A stretch of DNA of 62,980 bases, filler included, from Octopus bimaculoides (lineage: Eukaryota), in the NCBI RefSeq assembly GCF_001194135.2. It is 8 parts of 8 records of this genome, joined end to end, with 100 filler letters (N's around TTAATTAATTAA, not from the genome) between each part and the next. Parts side by side here need not be neighbours in the genome. Positions count along the whole stretch, not along the records: positions 42,980 to 58,327 come from NC_068988.1; positions 58,428 to 61,103 come from NW_026307055.1; positions 61,204 to 62,980 come from NC_069006.1; 5 more parts are not named here. One strand, written 5' to 3'. A program made the position numbers and the translations under genes. A model generated the notes under the pieces. It was given only the letters and a program-made list of their open reading frames with translations. It did not search any database and had not been told where the DNA came from. Below are positions 52,649-62,980 of the stretch, in pieces (within the stretch, counting starts at the first letter, position 1; each line of letters starts with the position of its first letter).

Positions 52649-53434
52649 TAGCTTTTTATGAGTTAAAATACCGATTTGTTACTGTCACACAAATACAACT
52701 ATTAATGAAGAATTATAGCGAACCACGAACTTTACTTCTCACCTTTGCACTCTAATTGATCTATTGCTTAGATTCTGAAGGGCTGGAAAGTAAAAATCTG
52801 TCCCGGCAAGATTCGTACTCAAGATCTACAAAGATGTCACTACATACTTTGATAAAGTATTTATTTTTTCTCCTGTGTTCTACTGATTCTGTCAACCACT
52901 TCACATATAGTTATTTTGAGATTTCATTTTGTAATCATAAACTTGGTAATTTCGGGTACATTTTGCCTCATATATGATGGATTATTTGGATATTTCACGT
53001 TGGCATACTATGATAAATTTGTAATAGGTGGTAGATCGTCTGATTCAGTGACACAAACGTTGTTATTGGCACTCTAGCAAACTGCTCTCAAATCCTCCCA
53101 TAAGGCCCTTAGGAATCAACTGCGAGAATGTATTAAATACGTTGAATGAAAATGAATGACTGAAACATCTTAATTCATAGACTTAATTAGAGACAATAAA
53201 CGAAAACAATAACATCGCCACTCAAGATTACAAAAGACGCTGCTTGATCAGGGATGACTTAGTGCTATAGGACAACAACAACGAGGGAGATTCTGCATCA
53301 GTAGTTCTCATCCAGGGTCCATATGACACCTGGGGGTGCACATACGATTTCTTTGAGTGCACGCTAGCAAAATAGTAAATTGGAGACATGCAGTAGTACT
53401 TTAGGAGTCAATGTAAAGTTTTGATTTAAATATA

Positions 53435-53831
53435 GGCACAGGAGTGGCTGTGCGGTAAGTAGCTTGCTTACCAACCACATGGTTCCGGGTTCAGTCCCAC
53501 TGCGTGGCATCTTGGGCAAATGTCTTCTACTATAGCCTCGGGCCGACCGAAGCCTCGTGAGTGGATTTGGTAGACGGAAACTGAAAGAAGCCCGTCGTAT
53601 ATATGTATGTATATATATATATGTGTGTGTGTGTCTGTGTTTGTCCCCCTAGCATTGCTTGACAACCTATGCTGGTGTGTGTTTATGTCCCCGTCACCTA
53701 GCGGTTCGGCAAAAAGAGACCGTTAGAATAAGTACTAGGCTTTCAAAGAATAAGTCCCGGGGTCGACTTGCTCGACTAAAGGCGGTGCTCCAGCATGGCC
53801 ACAGTCAAATGACTGAAACAAGTAAAAGAGT
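53435..53831 (+). mobile_element. Family A SINE, intact reference copy (about 400 bp)
   Basis: A-box-like TGGCTGTGCGG (53445-53455), B-box-like GGTTCAGTCCC (53488-53498), central TA/TG microsatellite, gtaaaagag tail. Confidence 0.93.
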
Positions 53832-54136
53832 ATATCTATTGCAAGAAACAACTTGGTTTCTTTCTCTAGCATTTTACGTAGTTCAACTTATGCAAGTTAA
53901 TGCGTGAATAACAAAATAGGAATTTGAAAGAAAGTATTTCTATAACAAGCTTATAAACATCGAATATCTACGGGGGTCCAACAGAATAAAATAGTAATCA
54001 AAGGGGTCCATAGATTAAAAAAAAAAAACTAATTCAGAACCACCACCTTTCGAGCTGCTAGAAATAGCTGCTGAATCTTGCTTACACTCCACCTTACCAG
54101 TTCAGAATATGAAGGATACATTGAAAACATTATAAA

Positions 54137-54680
54137 TAATGATAATAATAATAATTTTTGGTACTAGGTAAACAAGTTCGGGGAGCTCCAGTTCTCAGCT
54201 GGTACTTATTTTATCGACCCCTTAATAATAATAATAATAGTCCTTTCTATTGGAAGTATAAGGCCTCAAATTTGGGGGATGGACTAAGTCGATTACATCG
54301 ATCCTAGTGCGTAACTGGTACTTATTTAATCAACCCCCAAAGGATGAAAGGCAAAGTCGACCTCGGCGGAATTTGAACTCAGAACATGAAGACGGACGAA
54401 ATGCCGCTAAGTATTTTATCCGGCGTGCTAACGATTCTGCCAGCTCGCCGCCTTTATAATAATAATAATAATAATCCTCTCTATTATAGGCACAAGGCCT
54501 AAAGTTTTAGGATAGGGGACTAGTCGATTAGATTGATCCCAGAATTTCTCTGATACTTATTTTATCGATCCCAAAAGGATGAAAGGTATAGTCGACATCG
54601 GCGTAATTTGAACTCAGAATGCAGCGATGGGCGAAATATCGCATAGCATTTTGTACAGCGTCCTAACGATTCTGCCAGCC
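54137..54680 (-). mobile_element. Second head-to-tail family B array (partial 54137-54221, 54223-54454, 54455-54680), followed by (TAG)n
   Basis: Same motifs as the array at 51929-52648. Confidence 0.9.
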
Positions 54681-54716
54681 TTCATAATAATAATAACAAT
54701 AGTAGTAGTAGTAATG

Positions 54717-54761
<45 letters not shown>

Positions 54762-55006
54762 TGGAACATGGTAGCTAATCAAACCCTTTAACTACACGGC
54801 CTTGTCTGAGGCTTTTTATTCGGTAATGAATGAGAAGAGGTTGGCGAACTGACTGGATCGACTGAATAGCACCATGAGACTGTAAAGGAAGGATGTTTTA
54901 TTGAGAGGGCTACACACGGAGGTGAGGTAGGTTGAGTGGGGAGCCATTCATAGGTGGAAGGTGAAGACATAAATTACATGTGGGCTAATAAGACTATGAA
55001 ATATGG

Positions 55007-55074
<68 letters not shown>

Positions 55075-56066
55075 NNNNNNNNNNNNNNNNNNNNNNNNNN
55101 NNNNNNNNNNNNNNNNNNNNNNNNNNNNNNNNNNNNNNNNNNNNNNNNNNNNNNNNNNNNNNNNNNNNNNNNNNNNNNNNNNNNNNNNNNNNNNNNNNNN
55201 NNNNNNNNNNNNNNNNNNNNNNNNNNNNNNNNNNNNNNNNNNNNNNNNNNNNNNNNNNNNNNNNNNNNNNNNNNNNNNNNNNNNNNNNNNNNNNNNNNNN
55301 NNNNNNNNNNNNNNNNNNNNNNNNNNNNNNNNNNNNNNNNNNNNNNNNNNNNNNNNNNNNNNNNNNNNNNNNNNNNNNNNNNNNNNNNNNNNNNNNNNNN
55401 NNNNNNNNNNNNNNNNNNNNNNNNNNNNNNNNNNNNNNNNNNNNNNNNNNNNNNNNNNNNNNNNNNNNNNNNNNNNNNNNNNNNNNNNNNNNNNNNNNNN
55501 NNNNNNNNNNNNNNNNNNNNNNNNNNNNNNNNNNNNNNNNNNNNNNNNNNNNNNNNNNNNNNNNNNNNNNNNNNNNNNNNNNNNNNNNNNNNNNNNNNNN
55601 NNNNNNNNNNNNNNNNNNNNNNNNNNNNNNNNNNNNNNNNNNNNNNNNNNNNNNNNNNNNNNNNNNNNNNNNNNNNNNNNNNNNNNNNNNNNNNNNNNNN
55701 NNNNNNNNNNNNNNNNNNNNNNNNNNNNNNNNNNNNNNNNNNNNNNNNNNNNNNNNNNNNNNNNNNNNNNNNNNNNNNNNNNNNNNNNNNNNNNNNNNNN
55801 NNNNNNNNNNNNNNNNNNNNNNNNNNNNNNNNNNNNNNNNNNNNNNNNNNNNNNNNNNNNNNNNNNNNNNNNNNNNNNNNNNNNNNNNNNNNNNNNNNNN
55901 NNNNNNNNNNNNNNNNNNNNNNNNNNNNNNNNNNNNNNNNNNNNNNNNNNNNNNNNNNNNNNNNNNNNNNNNNNNNNNNNNNNNNNNNNNNNNNNNNNNN
56001 NNNNNNNNNNNNNNNNNNNNNNNNNNNNNNNNNNNNNNNNNNNNNNNNNNNNNNNNNNNNNNNNNN

Positions 56067-56432
56067 GCGTGGCACCTTGGGGAAGTGACTTCATCTATAG
56101 CCTCGGGTCAACCAAAGCTTTGTGAGTGGATTTGATAGACGGAAACTGAAAAGAAGCCCGTCGTATATATGTGTGTGTGTGTGTGCGTGTGTGTGTGTGC
56201 GCGCGCGCGCATGTGTGTGTGTGTGTGTCTTTGTGTCACTGTTTGTCCGCCTCGACCATCGCTTGACAACCGATGTTGGTGTGTCTACGTGCCCGTAACA
56301 TAGCGATTTGGCTAAAGAAACCGATAGGATAAGCACCGGGCTTACAAAGAATGTGTTCTGGAGTCGATTTTCTTCGATTAAAAGCCGGTGCTCCAGCATA
56401 GTCGCAGTCAAATGACTGAAACAAGTAAAAGA
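56067..56432 (+). mobile_element. Family A copy, 5' end in gap
   Basis: gcgtggcaccttgggg...gaaagaagcccgtcgtat...gactgaaacaagtaaaagaataaaag. Confidence 0.9.
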
Positions 56433-56759
56433 ATAAAAGAATATATGATACCATTGTGTGCGCTTGCATGAATTTATGTCAAAGTTACAGAGGAAGCGAA
56501 ATACATAGTGGGAATGTGTTTGTATGTGTGTTTCCAGATGTGTAAGTATATGTGTTTTCGAGTCCCGTGACCACCCCTATAGGGGATTACCGTAAACCTT
56601 TGACGGGAAGAGGCGGAGAAGGATAAACTCATCTAGAATCGTTACTAGAATCTTTTTCCAGATCCTCTAAGGAATATATCCGCGGCAGCATATGCACCAT
56701 AATATTTTCTACAGAATTGTGAGTGTGTATGTAAGGACACACACACACACACACACGCA

Positions 56760-56799
<40 letters not shown>

Positions 56800-57278
56800 A
56801 ACATACACACAGACACTCACAGACACTCACACACACTCACACATACACACACATATTTTCATGTATGCATGCACATATGCATATATATATATGTACATAT
56901 ATAAAGTTCTGTACACTTACATTCAAAGCATTCATGTACATTCAAAAGCGGAAATATCTTCGATGCGGTAATTGTTTCGGAGGTGGTACTCACCTTGAAG
57001 TCAATGTTCATGAGCGCACCAGACTGGACTATGAATTAGGTCATCGGACATCAGCGTCCTTCGGCTCAGTTACTGTGCATATGTATGCAAGAACATATGT
57101 GTGTGTGTGTGTGTGTGTGTACGTATATATGTACGTATATATATATATATATATGTGTATGTATATATACCTATACATGTATAGATATATATATGTGTGT
57201 GTGTATGTATATATATATATATATATGTGAATATATGTACATATATATATATATGTGTGTGCATATATGTTCATATAG

Positions 57279-57317
<39 letters not shown>

Positions 57318-57320
<3 letters not shown>

Positions 57321-57720
57321 AATGCAAAAATAAAAACAAAACACAAAGGATTCTGCGGTACACGTGTTTCAAGCTTTATAGTTGTTACATCAGTGTATAA
57401 TTAACAGTATAAAGCTATCTTCAGCCGCAAATGTATTCTCTCCCTAGAATTATATCACATAGACGTTAAACGAGGAAGAAAGTTGAGATATAAGAGGTGA
57501 GGTTCCGTTTGGTATTTTGCATTGTAATATACCTCGTAGAATTCTTAACTCTTAATTGCAATTATACACTGATGTAACAACTATAAAGTTTGAAACACGT
57601 GTACCGCAGAATCCTTTGTGTTTTGATTTTATTTTTGCAGTTACAATTTATTCATTCACCCCCGACCACGAGCTGGCATACACAGGTGCTTACAATTGTC
57701 AAGTATTACCTTTAACATTT

Positions 57721-57730
<10 letters not shown>
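57318..57730. mobile_element. Element embedded in (TA)n with ~85-bp near-perfect inverted repeats (57318-57402 and 57560-57644)
   Basis: gtaaatgcaaaaataaaaacaaaacacaaaggattctgcggtacacgtgtttcaagctttatagttgttacatcagtgtataatt and its reverse complement, with about 3 mismatches. Confidence 0.88.
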
Positions 57731-57785
<55 letters not shown>

Positions 57786-58976
57786 AACCTACTCGTATAT
57801 ATAAGTCTTAGAAAATTGACAAGGATTATAGCGGTGTACTTGCATCAGATTTCAGTAGCAATCTGATAAAGTACAGCCAAAAGTCCCTTGCCCAGGGAAG
57901 GAATAAAATGGGTGAGTTGGGGGTAGGAAGAATAACCCAAACGAGTTTCACGGCGCACAAAACCAAACGTTGTAAGATTATATTGGATGAAATATACATA
58001 TATGCATTTATATAGTGTAAAGATACGCATTAGACACACACACACAAACACATGTGCAATCACACATACACACTCATATATGTGATTTTTTTTAGACGTT
58101 GCTTTGCAAAGTCGTATTTTATTGCTGACAAACTTCCGGTGTCGTTCCAATAAAACATCATGGAAGCGTATAAACACGTACCTATTCTCATTTACAACGC
58201 ACTTTCTCGCGCTGTCTCGCTCTCTCTCTGCGTTCAAGTATATATTCTTATATGTAACATACACACATACATACATATATACATACATACTTATATATAT
58301 CTATATACATACATACACACATACACANNNNNNNNNNNNNNNNNNNNNNNNNNNNNNNNNNNNNNNNNNNNTTAATTAATTAANNNNNNNNNNNNNNNNN
58401 NNNNNNNNNNNNNNNNNNNNNNNNNNNATATATCTATATTTATATATATAAATTAGTGTGTGCGTGTGTGTATGCGTATGGGAGCACATGCACAGACATG
58501 TTTATATATACGTATATTTGGGTACATAGATATCGATGTCTGTCTGTTTACATGCATATATATGTGTATGTATGTATATATATATATATATATATATAAT
58601 AATGAAGGCAGCCATGTACAATATAAATCCAAAAAGAAAAATTCGATTGTCAGTAATTCTGACTGTAGGTGCCGTACACACACACACACACACACACACG
58701 AGCCGGCTTCTTTCAGTTTCTGCTTAAGAAATTCATTCAAAAGGCTTTGGTGGGCCGGAGGTTAATGGAGACACTTGTCCAATATGTCACGCATTGGAAC
58801 GGGTGGGTATATGTGTCTGTGTGTGTAGAGACAGATACACGCTTATATAACAAAATGGAAAAAATAGTACTCGAATACCAAAGGTAGACTAATATACGTT
58901 TGTTGAAGCTATTAAAGAAGCGATATGCACACGTGTGTCACAATACACCGGCCATAACTCTCTCTCTCTCTCTCTC

Positions 58977-59017
<41 letters not shown>

Positions 59018-59641
59018 NNNNNNNNNNNNNNNNNNNNNNNNNNNNNNNNNNNNNNNNNNNNNNNNNNNNNNNNNNNNNNNNNNNNNNNNNNNNNNNNNNN
59101 NNNNNNNNNNNNNNNNNNNNNNNNNNNNNNNNNNNNNNNNNNNNNNNNNNNNNNNNNNNNNNNNNNNNNNNNNNNNNNNNNNNNNNNNNNNNNNNNNNNN
59201 NNNNNNNNNNNNNNNNNNNNNNNNNNNNNNNNNNNNNNNNNNNNNNNNNNNNNNNNNNNNNNNNNNNNNNNNNNNNNNNNNNNNNNNNNNNNNNNNNNNN
59301 NNNNNNNNNNNNNNNNNNNNNNNNNNNNNNNNNNNNNNNNNNNNNNNNNNNNNNNNNNNNNNNNNNNNNNNNNNNNNNNNNNNNNNNNNNNNNNNNNNNN
59401 NNNNNNNNNNNNNNNNNNNNNNNNNNNNNNNNNNNNNNNNNNNNNNNNNNNNNNNNNNNNNNNNNNNNNNNNNNNNNNNNNNNNNNNNNNNNNNNNNNNN
59501 NNNNNNNNNNNNNNNNNNNNNNNNNNNNNNNNNNNNNNNNNNNNNNNNNNNNNNNNNNNNNNNNNNNNNNNNNNNNNNNNNNNNNNNNNNNNNNNNNNNN
59601 NNNNNNNNNNNNNNNNNNNNNNNNNNNNNNNNNNNNNNNNN

Positions 59642-59675
<34 letters not shown>

Positions 59676-59859
59676 TTCCATTCAGATTTTAAAGTTTGAG
59701 TTTCCCTAATGAAGCGTGTCCACGAATAGCGGCTATCAAATGCTATTAACTAACTTAAATAGATCGCTTCACTAATGGTACATTTGAAAATCCATAAATA
59801 TCCACAGAGTCTATTTACACATTAACAAAACAAATAGAGTGAGCAATTTGTTTTATGGT

Positions 59860-59987
59860 ATAATTCTACAATTGTTTCATCGACGTTTTACCAGATTAAT
59901 TCTGGAATGTTATATAATTTGCGAAATGATATATTGAATCGGTATTACTTTAACAATACTTGAAACTATCGACTCTTCAGGTTTATG
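59860..59987 (-). ncRNA. Variant hammerhead motif with a ~95-nt stem II domain
   Basis: Minus strand: CTGAAGA (59980-59974), GTCGAT ... GTCGAT (6-bp stem with G-U pairs), GAAACAATTGTA (59878-59867). Stem I does not pair well. Confidence 0.4.
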
Positions 59988-60260
59988 TATAAATCAATTT
60001 GCTGAATAATCCGTTATTTCACATTTCACAGAATATATATATATTTATTGGCTAAACTGGCAATATGACCATCCCCAAGTACAACAACATATATATATAT
60101 ATATATATACACTTCATTGAAGATGTTCATATTATCGTAAAGGACTATCAATAGTTAAAAGAAAAAATGTCCAATGAAAAATAATTAAATTAACCGGCCA
60201 ATGAATAAATAGATAAAATAACTGAAAACGTAAGTAAACACGCAAAGCATGTGTGTGTGT

Positions 60261-60296
<36 letters not shown>

Positions 60297-60800
60297 AAGA
60301 AGGATTTCGCAGATTTTACCAAATGATGCTATTTAGATAACCATGGGCAAGCATTTGATAAATTTGCACGTTTACATTTTAGCCTAAGACTCATCTACCA
60401 TATACATACATACATACATACATACATACAGATATGTATTCTTGTATACGTATTTTTGTATGTATGTATGTACGTATGTATGTATGTATGTATCAATATG
60501 TGAAGATTTGTATGTTTGCTTTATGTATGTATTCTCATGTGTATACTTGCATATCTAGACAAGCTCGTATATATTTAAATGATAAACTTCTGGAAAGTTT
60601 TACAGATCTTTACAGTTCCAGTGAAGGACTGGACCTGTAGTCTTCGAATTCGCCTTCTCCTTTCTAGTTTTGAGAAAGTTGGTGCTCCAGCACGGTCGCA
60701 GTCAAACGACTAAAACAAGAAACGAATATTATGTATGTATGCATACACACCGAAGAATGGAGAACAATATAAAATAGTTCTAACGTGTTGTAGTGTAGAC

Positions 60801-61082
60801 CAGGGGGTTTTCAAACTTTTTGACTTGCGGACCCCTTTATATTTCAGGCTTTACCTTAGGGACCCCCTTATAAACGCTTATGAAATTTATACATAAATAT
60901 TTGCTTAAAATAACTTATATTTTTACATTTATTTATTTAACAGTATTTAACAAAATAGGTTTATTGTCAATTAAAAGATTTCGATTAAAAAAACATATAT
61001 AAAATCAAATTGCCCATAAAAAGTATTTGCTGTCCACGGACCCCCTGTCTTGTCCTTGCGGACCACAGTTTGAAAACCCCTG
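60801..61082. mobile_element. hAT-type MITE (282 bp) with a second TIR starting 8 bp downstream (61091)
   Basis: TIRs CAGGGGGTTTTCAAACT / AGTTTGAAAACCCCTG; subterminal gcggacc repeats; flanks GTGTAGAC and CACTAGAT. Confidence 0.85.
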
Positions 61083-61203
61083 CACTAGATCAGGGGTTTT
61101 CAANNNNNNNNNNNNNNNNNNNNNNNNNNNNNNNNNNNNNNNNNNNNTTAATTAATTAANNNNNNNNNNNNNNNNNNNNNNNNNNNNNNNNNNNNNNNNN
61201 NNN

Positions 61204-61251
<48 letters not shown>

Positions 61252-62639
61252 GTGCGTGTGTATGTGCGTTTCTGCTAAAGTCATCCATCAAACACGGTTC
61301 TTATGCTTACTTTTTGATTTAGTAATACCGAACACCGACATCTTTTCCTTCTAAGTCTGATCATTCGCGGCGTGAGTTTGAAATATTGATGTCCCTTGTA
61401 GGAAGACCTAATATCTATTGATTTTTACAAAATAAGATTTGACCGGTGCAATAAAAGTCTATCACAGAGAGCGTCTGTGTCTATTTAAAAATACAAAAAC
61501 CTGGAAAGACAAGCCTAATATTGATAGCTGATGGCCAGCAATCATTATAAGTTATTTATACACGTTTCAGTGTATGGATGTCTGATTTTTCTCTGAGATT
61601 TATTTTAGTTTTGAAGCGACATGACTTTTTGAGTTAAGAGAGTTCCCAGTCTATGTAAACGTGTGGTTGAGTTGGTGTGTCGGTTGAACTGTCGATGCAC
61701 ACAGCCAACTGTTGGCATTTATTCAACTAAAGAATCTTAGATGGAAATTCTTTGGAATGCCTTACAAATATTCACTGCGTCAGTAATAGACTACATTTCG
61801 AGAATCCGCGACGGTTCTTTTGCTCTTTCTCCGAAAATCCTAGTATTTCTAGATTTTTGTGTAAATTTGTAGGTATATAGTCTAATGCACCTATAATGAT
61901 AGGTACAATGGAGAGTTTATAGTCAGAGTACAAGAGCAATAAGTTCCATATAAATATCACCATTTCTCATTTTCATGTTGCTCAGATGTTGCTCAAAGGT
62001 TGTTCAGACGTTGATGAACGGTTGCTCAGATATTGCTCAAAAGTTTTTCAGATGCTGCTCAAAGTATACCCATAATTTGCATGTAAGGCAAGAATCAAAC
62101 ATTCTTTAAACTGCCCATCTGTTTTAAAGTGTCTACAAAGTGGAGCAATTCTATTCTTTATTGTTAGCGATCAAGATTTTGATTGGCTGGATTCTATGTT
62201 ATAGCAGCAGATAGGATAATAGCCAGCTGCCAAAGTTTATCGTAATTTCAGCTTATTGCTATTATAAAACTCCGCTTAAATGAAAGTTATAACAAGGATG
62301 CTGGCTGGATAACGGCAGATTAATACATCAGTCTTGACAGAGGAATGTTTAAAGTCAAAGCTACCATTCAGGTCAAGAATAGAATTGATAGTGAAGAATT
62401 CTGTATAATTATTAACAGTGGATATTTAAAAAGACGTGTTAAGGATAAGGTTTTGAAATGTGCTTAAAATAGAGAAGAATCGAATAAAGCTGAATTCGAA
62501 TGTAAATATGATTGAACATTTGGTAGATGCGACCAAGGTTAGTGATGTCGGAAGAAGATAGTTTAAAAACAGATAATTGACAAATGTATTTTAACCGGAA
62601 ATATTCAAATAAAAACACTAAACGGCGCAGCGTTAGTTA

Positions 62640-62770
62640 ACGCGCGTAGTTTACTGGTTAAAAGTAGTGGGCTCTCAACTGTAACACCATGGGTTCGATT
62701 TCTAGCGGGTCCGTTATCATCTTGAGCAAGACAACTATTTTCGTGTTGCTTCAATATATATCAAAAGCTG
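62640..62770 (+). mobile_element. Degenerate family D head
   Basis: tagtttactggttaaaag...gggttcgatttc...catcttgagcaagacaactattttcgtgttgctt. Confidence 0.55.
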
Positions 62771-62980
62771 CTGGGTTTGATATTGTGAAGAAGTGGTGCC
62801 TTGGCTAGGGAGCGGGTTGCAGATTTTCACGGGTAGGGATAGCAATCATGAGACGACTAATGTCCGCTGTCATGATATTCCGAGGTGCCTTCCTTGATGT
62901 CACAAAAATGACGAAACATTAATGTCTATCGCGCCTACAACGGGACCTGATGCGGGTTATCTCGCTTGTCTATGATTTCC

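Noticed and set aside
53435-53510. tRNA-like heads with A and B boxes (also 13850-13920, 27960-28047 and 43217-43290)
   Set aside because: They continue into SINE bodies and lack a complete cloverleaf, so they are not called tRNA genes.

Overview
Eukaryotic, AT-rich, repeat-dominated genomic DNA from a draft assembly with many N gaps. It is most likely an octopus; this is inferred from the extreme (TA)n/(CA)n load and the SINE families, not from a database search. No complete protein-coding gene is visible, and almost all ORFs in the supplied track are microsatellite or gap artefacts. The window holds several dozen copies of about four interspersed SINE-like families (labelled A-D here), one decayed CR1/L2-group LINE (about 30.2-32.9 kb), hAT-type MITEs, Helentron-like non-autonomous elements, and two plausible host exons: a Myb/SANT-like domain at 24.3 kb (+) and a first coding exon at 39.9 kb (-). 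The most interesting signal is a dispersed set of Penelope-like-element (PLE)-type relics. These comprise a decayed GIY-YIG endonuclease (44.9-45.4 kb), a near-canonical type I hammerhead ribozyme (34432-34479), several variant hammerhead motifs with palindromic stem III (some with very long stem II inserts), and foldback elements sitting in (TA)n tracts or in the central microsatellite of SINE family A. All alignments and folds were done by eye; coordinates of degenerate repeats are approximate.
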